Assembly (NCBI RefSeq): GCF_036365525.1
Contig: NC_090385.1
Location: 73,020,065 to 73,084,064, forward strand
DNA from: Heterodontus francisci
Lineage: Eukaryota
DNA: 64,000 nt
Reading direction: 5' to 3'
Positions within the stretch are counted from its first letter, which is position 1; every line of letters begins with the position of its first letter. The notes under the pieces are model-generated. The model did no database searches. It worked only from the letters and a program-made list of their open reading frames with translations, and was not told the origin of the DNA. Below, one piece after another: positions 38,636 to 50,672 of this stretch. The position numbers and the translations under genes were made by a program.

Positions 38636-39806
38636 GAAATGCTGTAGCACTGATCTGCAGTTCTAAAAGCAGGTGCCAGTACCATTTCTGTCAATATGGC
38701 ATGAGACTTTTTTTAACCCAGCTTCCTCCCATGGAGCTCCAACAGTGTTTCTCTCCTTTGCTGAATCTACTTGTGGAGGGCTTGGAGGTCCATCTGATTG
38801 AAATTGTGCGCTCATCTTTTGTTACACTTTGCAGCGTTGTTATCCTTTTCCTTGGTGCACTCTGCTAGATCCTCCAGTAGAAGGCATTCTTTAAAAATGG
38901 GACAAAATCACACGAGTCATCCAGTACAGGTAAGCACTTTCCTACATAACTGATGATTCCCCAGACAACAATCTTCAGCCAGACTTGGTTTTATAAAGGT
39001 TGCACTGTAATTTGCAAGCATCTTCAGTGATGCACTCTTGTATTACATGGAATCTGCACTAGAGAAACACCAATGGATGTTTAAGTTAGCTTATCATGCA
39101 AATTATAATGGATAGAGCTCTGCAGAGTATCAATGGACACAAGTTCTGAGTATATGGTGCAAATTTGCCACCTGTAGATGCATATCATGTTGGGGCCAAT
39201 AGATTTATCTCACTGATAAACATAACCACTATTTTGCAGTAAGTACCAAGTTATTAAAATATTCCCCTTGACCTTGCTTTTCTTAGATTCAGCTCTTCTA
39301 ACACCCTCAAAGATTGGTGTCATTCTCAATAAGATATTTATCATTCAAAGTTTATTAACAATACACTATTTTTCATGCATGCCAAATGTTTGAATGTGTT
39401 GAATTTGTGATAAAGCTGGCAATTTAACTTCTGATTGTTGGGATGCATTGCTTTTTTGATAATCCAAACTTTGAGAATGGCAAGGATGATAAGACAGAAC
39501 TTAGAGAAATAAATTCAGTGACAATATTCATTGCACAACTAGAACAATGTGTGAAGGAGAACAGTAAGTTTTATATTTTCAGTATTGAATTTCTGGAGTG
39601 CTCACATTCACGTCTGGTGTCTTTAACTGTTCAGCTGTTGTAGTTTTACAAGTAACTTAATTCAGATACAAATGTTCACAGCTCTCAAAATGCGTTGAGT
39701 AATTTAAACATCTCCAAGTGGCTGTAGTTTTGACTGTAAATATAACTTTTTAAACAGTGATTTAATTGCAAAGGGGCTAATTGTTAATCTGTTCCTGAAA
39801 AACAAT

Positions 39807-40581
39807 GGCCGTATTTTATCTGGATGAACGGGGTCTTAACGTCTGGAAAAAGCGATGCCAAAAACCCAGCATTACCTCTTCTGTTGGAGGCCCTCCTAAT
39901 CAAACGCCAATTCAGCACTTAAGTGAACAGTGGCGCGCCTTCCATGTGATCAAGGACCCTGGCTATGGAAGTCCTGCCCTCTGAGAACTGTCGGCCAATC
40001 AAACTGAACAGTGCCACTGTGGAAGCAGTGGCTGCTTCTGGTGGAGCACGTACCCGAGGACCAGGAGCAGTGCTGGATCTAGGCCACAGGTAGGTCAGGA
40101 CGGGAGGGCGTCCCAGGCTGGGGGCATGGGGGCATGGGGGCGGGTGTGGGGGATAAGTAGCAAGGGCAGGGGAGTGGTTCTCAGCAGGGTTCTCACCCTT
40201 CCTGATGCCGGATCTCTCGTTCAGGCACTAAGTGCCTTTTAACGGGGACCCCCACAAACATCATCGGAGCTGGCAAGCAGCCCACAGGGATTTTCCTGCC
40301 ATGCTTCCCAATGGCGACAGGGCTACCAAACTCACAGCTAAATGTGGTGGCAGTGGGATAAGGTCCTTAACTGGGGGTTAATTGCCCAGTTAAGGGCCTC
40401 AATTGGCTGTGGGGTGGCAAAGGCCATTCACAGGACTTAATTTTGGTGGAGCCTGGAAGATGGCAGGATTCTAACCCCCACCTCCGCACCCCCCACCCCA
40501 ACCCCCCGCCACAATCCCACCTGATTATATGCCCTCCCCACCTCCAAACCCATCGCGGTGGAGAGCATAAAATTCTCCCCC
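39807..40581. mobile_element. Harbinger-type MITE, same family as 8451-9203
   Basis: TIRs ggccgtattttat / ataaaattctcccc; shared internal blocks such as taagggcctcaatt and gtgccactg.gaagcagtggc. Confidence 0.75.
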
Positions 40582-40939
40582 GTGTCACATCAGCATGAGA
40601 CCTTAATATTTCCACTTCTTTATTCTTGGCAGTTTTTATCAGTCAAATATCATTATTGCCAACCAAAAAAAGGCTCCCACTATTCACCAGCTCCCATATA
40701 TTTCTCATTGCAGGATTACTTATCCTAAACCTGAATGGCAGGCTTTAATATTGCTCAAGATCTGTTCATGCTAATGATGTTGGGCTGCTTGCAGCCTTGT
40801 TAAGTTCTGGGAAGTTCACATTTGGGTTTCAGCTGGTTGCACTGTACCTGCACATAAGGAATCTGGCCCCACAATCACTATATTTGGCTCCTCTATTACA
40901 TGGAGGAATTCCCCCCCCTCCCCAGTCCCACCCACTTCA

Positions 40940-41175
40940 TGATGTTAACTACTATGCTCACTGATCTACATTTGTTCCAGATCCAGCAACATCTGTATTT
41001 TAAAATTGTCATCCTTGTGTTCAAATCCCTCCATGGTTTCATCCCTCCCTATCTCCTGTAACCTCCTCCAGCCCTACAACTCTCCAAGTTCACTGCGCTC
41101 TTCCAATTCAGGCCTCTTGTACATCTTGAATTTTAATTGCTTCACCATTGGTGGCTATGCCTTCAGGTCCCTATA
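40940..41175 (+). mobile_element. L2 3' fragment
   Basis: Homologous to 21320-21560 (ctgatctacat..ttttaaaatt.tcatccttgtg..ctccatgg). Confidence 0.75.
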
Positions 41176-41197
41176 TAAAGTATAGTATGTGCTATAT

Positions 41198-41425
41198 AAA
41201 GCCACATACTATCCTGACTTGGAACTGTATTGCCGTTCTTACATGGTCGCTGGGTCAAAATCCTGAAACGCCTTTCCTAACGCCACTGTTGGTGTACCTA
41301 CACCCCAAGGATTGCAGCAATTCAAGAAGGCAGTTCATCACCACCTTCTCAAGGGCAAGTAGGACTGGGCAACAAATGCTGGCCTAGCCAATGATGCCCA
41401 CATCCCATGAACGAATGAAAAAAAG
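41198..41425 (+). mobile_element. Zenon-like LINE 3' fragment
   Basis: Matches 35455-35680, including ggcctagccaatgatgcccacatcccatgaacgaatgaaaaaaa. Confidence 0.88.
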
Positions 41426-43373
41426 CGATTTGTTATTGTTGTCAGAAAACCTAGTGCAACTTATGCCTCGACTACTGATATGTACTCGGAGGGAGAACGT
41501 TCCATGTCGGGACTACAAGCTGAAAAATTCTCTCTATTAACTATCAGACAAAGGCAGTTATGGAGGAAGAATTGCTTTGGCTGACACATTTAGTGACATT
41601 ATAAATGCATTGAAAAAGAATGGGTTTATGTTGTCACTACACAATGCAGCTGAAACAATTCTTCCCTTATACTGATGAATTCAGATTACAAGTTGTTGTT
41701 TATTCTGATGAGGAAAAGTTGTCACTTTGAAATTTGGTCATTTTGTATGCATTGTAGCAAAAACCTCTGAGCAAAGCAAAAAGCAGCTGCCATTGCTAAA
41801 ATAAACCATTTCTTCATGGACTCTTCACCTGTAGAACTTCTAACATCAACCTCACTGAGTAATCATTGGTATTGTTTGGTATGCCCAGAAGGTTACTTAG
41901 GTGCTGATAGATAGTAAACAGGAGGACTCTGATTAAAATAATTGGCTCAGTGCCTAGGTACAATAAGTAACACTGTGTTGTAAATTCGTACAGAACATAG
42001 CTTTGGGAGAACTTGTCACAGTCTCAAGCATTCAGTATTTGCCTGGTAGAAAGACCAGTTATGAAGGAACATTGAAATCCTAATTAGCCACATAGCTTAG
42101 GGGATGTACTGCTTTAGATTCAGCATTGGCTGTTGCTGATTTCTAACTGTGAGTGAAAAATAGTGCTAATGGCAGAATTGTTGAAAGTTTCGACATATTG
42201 AGCATTAAGCATATTTTCTTGATTAAATAAGTAGATATAATCTTTTCTAAATTTAAAGTGCATGATTTACTGCTCTGCAAGTTAATGATTTTTATTTCTT
42301 TTGGTCTTAAAGGGATACTTTAGTTTAAAAAGTGAAATGCATAGGTCAATTGGAGGGGATGCTGGATAAGTACATGTGTGTGAAAGGAATAGCATGAAAG
42401 GATCAGATGGAGTAAAGAGGCTCATGTGGAGCATAAACATTGGCAGTGGCAGAGACCCATCAGGCCAATAGGCCTGCTTCTTTCCTGTAAAATTCTATGT
42501 AGTTATATGTAAAAGAGATGACTGTCAATATTAGAGAACAACTCAAGAAATCCTGGCCTAAAATAATATTTTTACTTGCATCAAATAATATGATACACAG
42601 CACATATTTAATGTAATGATGCACTTGTAATAGATATTCAGTGATGAATTCCTCAGTTATTTGTACTCTTTCCATTGGTTTTTCTGTCATAATTAAGTTT
42701 TAATTGGTATGTAAATGACACTTTAATCATCTATCATTGAAATTAGCTATGGAAAGATATAAATGAGCATTGAAAGCTCTTGGCCGATATCAAATGACTG
42801 AGTAAAACTGAAATGTTTAAAGGAAATTGCAGCATTGAGATTGTAAGCAAGAGGGGAGAGGTTACTTCAGTGAACAGGTCTATTGAGTTTTTTTACAAGT
42901 AAAGTTAATAAGGACCAAGGCTCAATGTGTGCAATCAATAAATGCTGGGCTTGCTGGTGGCGCCCACATCCCAAGAATTAATTAACAAAAAGGCCTGTGG
43001 AAGCCAAAATGAACTTTAAAGGAAGGAAGAGATTGGAACAGGTAGTCATGCAGTAATCAAAGTTGAGAGGGAGGGAAGGAGATCAAGGGCACTGAGAGAT
43101 GATACAAGGCAAAGTGATAAGGGTAAATTGAGCGAAATGTAAAAGGTGACTAGTGCACAGGGAGGAGTTTAGAATTCCACATCTAATTTACTTTTAAGGA
43201 GGAGGAAAGACTATTTTCTGTTTATTGCTGGGCAGTTTAAAGTGGTAGAGGAACATGCTACAACCACAGACAATAAATCATGTTGTTGCATGACTGTTAA
43301 GTCATGAAACGGTTGTCATAAAGGCACTGCAGAAAAATTGTTAAAACAGATCCCTTAAAGGAGAATGGGGATG

Positions 43374-44944
43374 TGTCATGCTGGGCCTGCCAAGAATGAG
43401 GCATATTAATTTTGCCATCTGGGCATTAAATTTCAAATTGTTGCTGGAAAGAAGAGAAGGGCTGTTACAAGGGCTGCAAGATTTGGATGGAGGATATTTG
43501 CATACCAATATGGCCAAGAGAGGTTACTTCCTTTATCCAATTTAACTCACAATGGACTTTGAGCACCAGTCATTGAAGGTGAGGGAATTCAAATTTCAGG
43601 ATGACTGCTGGGATAGCCGAATCCACAAACAGATGTGGCCAGACCAGCTGGTCATGTGACTAGCCTGCTTGGCAACCTGTTTTTTCTGAATTGTACAAAC
43701 AGTTTGAACTGAGAAAGACTGTGTGCTCCTGGACTGAGAAGATCTCTCCTGTCTGCTCCTATCTCTTTCTCACAAGCCTCTGAATCCATTGAAGACACAT
43801 GAACCCCAAGAGAGAAAAGTCTGCTACAGCGAACAAGGTTTAAGAAGAATACTGGGCCCCAATGAAAAGCAAGATCTACGTACAATCATGGACTCTACAG
43901 TGAGCTAAAAGAACCATAGCAAAAACTCTTCAGATATTGCCTCAAACTTTTTCACTTTATTTTTCTTCTGCTCCTTTCTGTCTCTATTTGTATGTGTATA
44001 TCATGTATGCATGCTCGCATGGACACGTCGTGTATCCATAGGCATAACCCAAATTAGAATTTAAGTTCAAGTTTAATAACTTTCGACTTTTCTTCTTTAA
44101 ACCTAAGAAAACCTGTTTGTGCTGTTTTTTCGCCTTATAATTGGAAAGCGATGAACAAGGATTCACCAAGGGGGAGCTAAAAACATGATGTGTTTAAAAT
44201 TAAACCCTGTTACGGTAAGATCAGGTGAAGACTGAGAGGGACCCCTAGCTACCTTTCTCACATGATCATAACAAACTGTTACACCACGTGCCCACGCGAG
44301 CATGCAAATGTGATACACACATGCAAATAGAGACAGAAAGGAGCAGAAAAAAAATAAAGTGAAACAGTTTGTGGCAATATCTGAAGAGTTTTTGTTACAG
44401 TTCTTCGAGCTCTCTGTAGAGCCCTTGATTGAAGGTAGATCTTGCTTTTCATTGGGGCCCAGTATTCTTCTTAAACCTTGTTCACTGTAGGAGACTTTTC
44501 TCTCTTGGGGTTCATGTGTCTTCAATTGATTCAGAGGTTTGTGAGAAAGAGATAGAAGCAGACCGGAGAGATCTTCTCAGTCCAGGAGCACATAATCTTT
44601 CTCAGCTCAAACTGTCTGCACAATTCAGAAAAACCAGGTGGCCAAGCAGGCTAGTCACGTGACCAGCTGATCTGACTATGTCTTTTTGGGATTTGGCTAT
44701 CCCAGTAGTCATCCTGAAATTTGCGCTCCCTCAACTTCAATGACTGGTGCTCAAAGCCCATTGTGGGTTAAATTGGATAAGGGAAGTAACCTCTCTTGTC
44801 CCTATTGGTATGCAAATATCCTCCATCCAAGTCTGGCAGCTCTTGTAACAGGCCTTCTCTTATCCCAGCAACAATTTGAAATGTAATTTCCATATGGTGA
44901 AATTAATATGCTTCATTCTTGGCAGGTAGGGGCCCAGCATATCA
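43374..44944. repeat. Inverted pair of LTR-like sequences (long imperfect palindrome)
   Basis: 43374-44035 is the reverse complement of about 44283-44944. ORF-track peptides 43652..43885(-) and 44429..44662(+) are nearly identical. Flanked by ggatg on both sides. Confidence 0.9.
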
Positions 44945-45959
44945 GGATGATTTGAAATCATTTCAGATAGATGCCTCATTCGATTTTAAGGGGTTGAATT
45001 TAAGCTTGGGTAATTTTAGGCAGAAAGTGTAAGCATGCTGCCCACGCAAAGAGCCTGCTGAAAGCCTTCACAATTTTGAGGGCTAGGTCTCATCTGCATG
45101 AGACCCCGAGTTGAAGTCACTGTTCTGGTCCTCATGAGCAGCTTCCTGGTTTGAGTTGGGGAGTTACTAAGAATTCTGGTGGCTCAGTATTGGACTCTAG
45201 CTAGAATTTTGGCTCTGGGAGGGGCTTGCGGATGACCCAACAGTGGGCCAGAATATTTTTATTGGGCCAGAATGAAGCACCGATTCTCCTCCTAGCCACA
45301 TGGAAATCAAAAGAAACCTGACTGTTTCCTGCAGCAGACTGTTTAAAGGCTGATAGTCAGTTTTCCCAACAGCTGATATCAATGGATATAGCATGTTTGT
45401 TGCATCTATTGGTATCTAAACATTGCCTCAGGTATTGCTGAATTATTTGCTTAAGACAAACATTTAAGAACTTTTAGTTATTCAAAAACTACCACCATCT
45501 CCAGAGGGATCCCCTTCATTAGGGTAGACAATGAATATTACATTGCCTTCTCACCTTTAAAAGTTCACATGTCTGCTGTGACTACTCTTGGGATAATATG
45601 ACCAGTCTCTTGTATTTATGGTTGGACTGATTTGGTATTGAAATTATGATCAACACTTCAGATAATTCCTTTTGTTACTAGCAGAAGAGAGAGCAACAGC
45701 AAATGACAAGCGCACAGGTCCTAAACCACAGGATAGAAGATTAATCCTTATCTAGGATTCATTCTACAGCTATTCTCCCTGAAGATGTTTATCCCTGTCC
45801 CAGTACAATACTGATAATTGAGCTGCAGGTCCTATCTGGACACAAGTATCCACAAATACCAGCTTGGAAGTATTTATGGCCTACACAGTAAAAGAAACAT
45901 AATCCTTTCCTGTTACAGCAGATGGTGCCCTCCTGACACGTACATGGATTGGCCCAAAT

Positions 45960-46358
45960 GGTGAGACTGTGGTGTAGTGGTAATGTCACTGGACTTGTAT
46001 TCCAGAGGCCCAAACTAATGCCTTGGGGAAATGAGCTCAAATCCCACGACAGCTGGTGGAATTTAAATTCAATTAATTAATAAAAAAAGTCTGGAATTGA
46101 AAGCTAGTCTCAGTAATAGTACCATGAACATCGATTGTCGTAAAAACCCATCTGGTTCATGAATGCCCTTTAGGGAAAGAAATCTGCCATCCTTACCTGG
46201 TCTGGCCTACATGTGACTCCAGACTCATAGAAATGTGGTTGACTCTTAAATGCCCTCTACAATGATCTAGTAAGCCACTGAATTCAAGGGCAATTAGGGA
46301 TGGACAACAAATACTGGCCTTGCCAGTGACACCCACATCCCATGAATGAATCAAAAAA
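45960..46358 (+). mobile_element. Full-length tRNA-headed SINE sharing both ends with the Zenon-like LINE
   Basis: A box tggtgtagtgg; B-box-like gagctcaaatccc; body matches the LINE leader; tail caagggcaattaggg..cccacatcccatgaatgaatcaaaaaaa. Confidence 0.9.
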
Positions 46359-47109
46359 AGGAAACTGAACCCCAAGGTACTGGGAAGCTTTGCAAATTCA
46401 AAGAGTACCTGTTACATCTATGTGGGCACGTTGAGAAATCTCCAGAAGAATTCCTCCCAGGCAAAGCCACAGTAAATTAAGGAATAACTCTTAACATGGT
46501 TGACCCAGCAGGCACAAATGATGTAGCAGGTCGCCACAACATTCATTTTCATTAGGACTGATTGGGACAACTGACAAAGACAAATATTCTGAATCCTCTC
46601 AATCTATCACACAGTTCATATATTATTTGCTTATTTATTCTGTCAAATTGATCTATATAGTTTAAAACCTTTCTCCATCTAGCACATTACACCTTAAATC
46701 TATGTCACACTTTAAATATTTGTATAGCATCATTTTAATTGGTTTAAATAACCTCTGTCGGTCAACTGGAAAACAACAATCTGCAGCAGAACTAACCAAT
46801 CACTGAATTTTGATTTTCAAAACAACTAGTCTGAACTATCAGAAAATGAGCCCATCAAATCATTCCAACAATTTTCGTTGAGTGCTGGCTGATTATTTGC
46901 ACCTTAACAAAATCAAATTTAAGAAAACAAATAGACTTTGTTCATGCCTGCAAACCTACCAATATTTTGGGATTTCTTGTCTGTGCTTTCTTCTGCTGGG
47001 CTGTCCCTTCCAATTACTTTTCAGGCGTCTTGTCTGTACACAAAAGACTTGTGTATATGCCAACTTTGTGCCTGCATATTAGTGGATCTTCATGAACAAG
47101 TCATTAATC

Positions 47110-47857
47110 AACCAGATTTTGCTGAAAAAAAAGCATCTGAATGATGCATTGCTGTTAGTAATGTGCAAATTGGCCAGCAATTTATAGTGAGGAAGAAATA
47201 CCCTGTGTATTGTGAATCGCAACAAGTTGCTGGCCGAACTCTGTCGTTCTGCTTTTCGCTTGTCGTAAACGACATTGTACGCTTCACCTTCCTCTGATTT
47301 TCATCAAGGTGCACATCATTTGCATGTTACTAGTCCATTAAACTCACCATAAAAAGTTATGTTCAATACCCTTTTAATGACGTGATAATTCTTATTGACT
47401 TCCAGTCAACCTTCCGTGTCCACAAAGGAAATCATTGTAAGTGTAGAATTTCATTCCTTCAGGTTGTAAATTTCTTTAGGAGATTTTAAAAATGAGAAAT
47501 TTAGATTTTTTCTTTTCCTTTCTGTCTTTTGTCTTTCTCCCTCTTAATCCAATCTTCCTTTTCATCTCTTTATTTTGCTTTCTGTACCTGATTTGACATT
47601 GAATTCACCCACTCTAAATTCACCCTCCCTTTCAGTCCTTCCTCTTTATTTCTCAATCCTTAAATCTCTTTGGTTAAGAAGATACACTGTCCCATCGTTC
47701 AATAAAATCCCAGATGCCCTGTTGCCTTTGCTGCACCGTTAACAGCTCACACTTCCAGAAACTATGAGGAAAAAAAACCCTTTAAAACCTAAAGACACAA
47801 ACCAAACCAACGAACAGGGCACACCGTGAGATGCCCAGCTCCAGATAAATATGGCCC
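47110..47857. mobile_element. Probable non-autonomous TIR element (Harbinger-like ends)
   Basis: Imperfect TIRs accagattttgctg / cagataaatatggccc. Confidence 0.45.
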
Positions 47858-48354
47858 TATTGGTCTAAAACTGCAGTCACTGCACAACCAACAGTTTCAT
47901 AAATTGCATTCTCACTCAGTCTCCTCTATTGTGCAGCAGGACTTCAAAGACAACAGCAATTCTTGACTTTATAGCCCACTTCATTGCATTCAAAATGTCT
48001 AACCTCTTTGTTTGTTCCTCAATGTATTCTATTCAGCTGTGTCAATGTAGATTCATGGTATCTGATCTGTGTAACTGGCTCAACAAATGATTCACCAGTA
48101 GATCACCATGGGGCACCTTACTTCCCATTGTGTGATGGGTTATCGGCATTGGCAAGGCCATAAAATGATCGGAAGCTTTGCATTGTTGATTGACCTTCCT
48201 GATCAGGCAAAAGTATTCTTCAATCTTCTTGAACCAGTTCCAGAAATCTATACCTCAATATTTCATAGCTCATGATGCCATTGGATTGATGCAAGAAAAA
48301 GCTCTGAATTCTTTACTGCTAAATGAAGAGTACAAGATAACTCTCCTGTACATA

Positions 48355-48455
48355 ATAAAAGCAAAAAATGCTGGAACCACTGAGCAGGTCTGGCAGCATC
48401 TGTGGAAAGAGAAGCAGAGTTAACGTTTCGGGTCAGTACCCCTTCTTTGGAACTA
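48355..48455 (-). mobile_element. Penelope-related repeat with degenerate minimal hammerhead motif
   Basis: Minus strand: ccaaagaag-gggt-actg-accc-gaaac-gttaac; homologous to 29561-29683. Confidence 0.6.
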
Positions 48456-48844
48456 CTTGCCTGTACATCTTAGTTTCACATATGGGGATCACCAATAATC
48501 CAAAAGCTTGAATATCCAAAATATCAATTTCATCTTCTCTTGAAATTTAATTAGATTTAGCAAAACTACATGTAACATCTTCTGAAAACTCTCCATCGGG
48601 TATACTGCCGAAGTGTTTTTCTACCAGTTTAAGATGATGATAATACTACCATCTCTCCTTCATGGGCTTTATGCTGGTGTTTATACTCCTTGTTGGGTTA
48701 AATTCATGGCATTCTCATTCTTCTTCCTATTTACGCTGTATCTGTTCTCTCCCTTGTTCCTTTTTGCATTGTTTGTAACTTCAGGTGAGATGCTCATCCA
48801 TTTAGTTGAAACTCTTGTTCTTTTGCTTTCTATCTTTTTAAGAT

Positions 48845-49015
48845 GTGCGCCTTGGCTCAGGGGCAGTGCAGCTCCCTTTAAGTCAGGAGACTGTGAGTTC
48901 CAGCTCTGCTACACTTTAACATATAAAGTAGGCTGACACTGCAGTGCAGTACTAAAGCAGTGCTGCACTGTTAGAGGTGTTATTGTTTTGATGAGAGAAT
49001 TAAAGCATATTGTCT
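48845..49015 (+). mobile_element. DeuSINE (SacSINE1-like) 5' fragment
   Basis: tggctcagggg A-box-like; taggctgacactgcagtgcagtact..gtgctgcactgttagaggtg; aligns with 63600-63770. Confidence 0.65.
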
Positions 49016-49309
49016 GCTCAGAAAATTGAAGGCCGGAAGGATAATCTAGGTTATTGATTTATCTTATATGTGCTACTATTATGCTAAGTCATGAGCCACA
49101 GATATCATTGGAGGAAGGGATGGGGGGGAAAGGGAAATGGTGAGGGGGTGGGGGGTGTTGCCTCCTCCAGTCAGCAGGGAAAAGTGGTAAGTCATAGCGT
49201 TGTCTTAGCATGTAATGTTTTTACTATTTTTTGTTATAAAAACTAATTTGTTCATTCCTCCCTTTTTGGAGATTCTGTAAGAGAACGCACAGTACAAATT
49301 TTGTCAAAA

Positions 49310-49680
49310 GGAAGCAAGAAACAAAAAGATACAGACTCCATACGAGAGAATCCTAAAAACCAAACTAAGCTTGTGCTGAAGTACACTGGAGGCCATAGAT
49401 ACTAAGTGTTAGCAACAGAAAGACAGACAGGAAAAATAGCAGCAATCCAAGGAAGTCCTCCAGCAAAAAATCAGAAAGGCAGAAGCTAAGTTTGCTCAAA
49501 GATTTGAAAGTGACAGAAAAGCTTCTGGCTTTCATGAAAAGGATGAGGAGAATCAAATCCTCGGACTGGTGTATGTGATGGGAATGAGCAGAAAATATTT
49601 TCTGCTTATTTAATTTCATAAAGAAAACCATCGGCAGCCCTGAAAAGATTTGAAAGAAAATTCATAAAGCATTCTGGTGA
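49310..49680 (+). mobile_element. Possible highly decayed RTE-type LINE C-terminal remnant
   Basis: Weak resemblance to the RRL.W.GHV.RM..GRP region; many indels. Confidence 0.25.
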
Positions 49681-50254
49681 CTATCTAGCGACCTCAGTTA
49701 AAATATCAATATATGGCGGTCGAGTGAGGACAGGATCAATCTCACCTGTGATTTCTCCCCCTCCCCACATGACAATCAGACCTACTAACATTCACCATGT
49801 AGGCACAAGCAGGAAGAATAGCCACTTGGAAACTTACTGGAGATCAATTGGTATCCAGGAAACACATCCCAGCAGGTATCAATGTTTTCAATAGAGGCAG
49901 AGGGGAGAAAATTGTTAACAAATTGTTAAAACCTGTGATGGACTTTAAAACTGCTCCAATATCAGGAGAAGCATTTACATATCTCCTTGATTATTCTCCC
50001 ATCTTCAAAGCTAGTGATGAATATTTAATGTGCATGTTTGTAGAATTAAGGGCAGTGTTAACCAATTTAAAACAAACAGGTAATTACCTGTAAAAACAAA
50101 AATTGAGACCCAGTGGACCCAATGGGCACACACTTCTGCGTCCATCTGAACTTTTCTCTGTTTCACTATTTGATTCATGCTAATATGGAAAATATTTCTC
50201 TGAGCTTTACTCTCTTGTTTCCCCAAAGTTGGAAATATTCTGTCCTACATGGTC

Positions 50255-50390
50255 ATGCAGTTACTATTATAATGTAGGAAATGCAGCAACCAATTTGTGC
50301 ACAGCAAGGTCCATCAACCAGCAATGAGAAAATGATCAGATAATCTGCTTTAATGATGTTGTTTGAGGGATATATACAGGCCAGAACTAT
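50255..50390 (-). mobile_element. DeuSINE 3' core fragment
   Basis: Minus strand reads agattatctgatcatt..ttgctgtgcacaaattggttgctgcatttcctacatt. Confidence 0.7.
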
Positions 50391-50569
50391 ACTATATAAA
50401 TGTATTATTTAGTGTTCCTCAGGTTTTTGGATTGAATGTATGATGAAAAATCTTTCAGCCTTTAATTTTGATCAGTTGTACTTTTGAGAGTTATTAAATA
50501 GTGACGACAGTAGTTATCTTAAAATTAAGTTCAAACATTACTGATATTTCACAGAAGGTCAACTGTAAA

Positions 50570-50672
50570 TGGTGTCAGCTGTTGCTCAGTGGGCAGCAAT
50601 TTTGCCTCAGAGACGCATGATTGTGGGTTCAAATCTCATTCCAGCATTTGAGCACAAAAATAAAGACTGACA
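50570..50672 (+). mobile_element. DeuSINE tRNA-derived head
   Basis: gctcagtggg A box, gggttcaaatc B box, then ttgagcacaaaaat..ctgacac. Confidence 0.7.

Noticed and set aside
38869-38930. Candidate short exon (ctag...cag|gtaagc)
   Set aside because: Splice-like signals only; the peptide is unrecognised and no partner exons were found.
43652-44662. Duplicated 77-aa ORFs as a paralogous gene pair
   Set aside because: They are a by-product of the inverted LTR arms, use non-ATG starts and have no domain.
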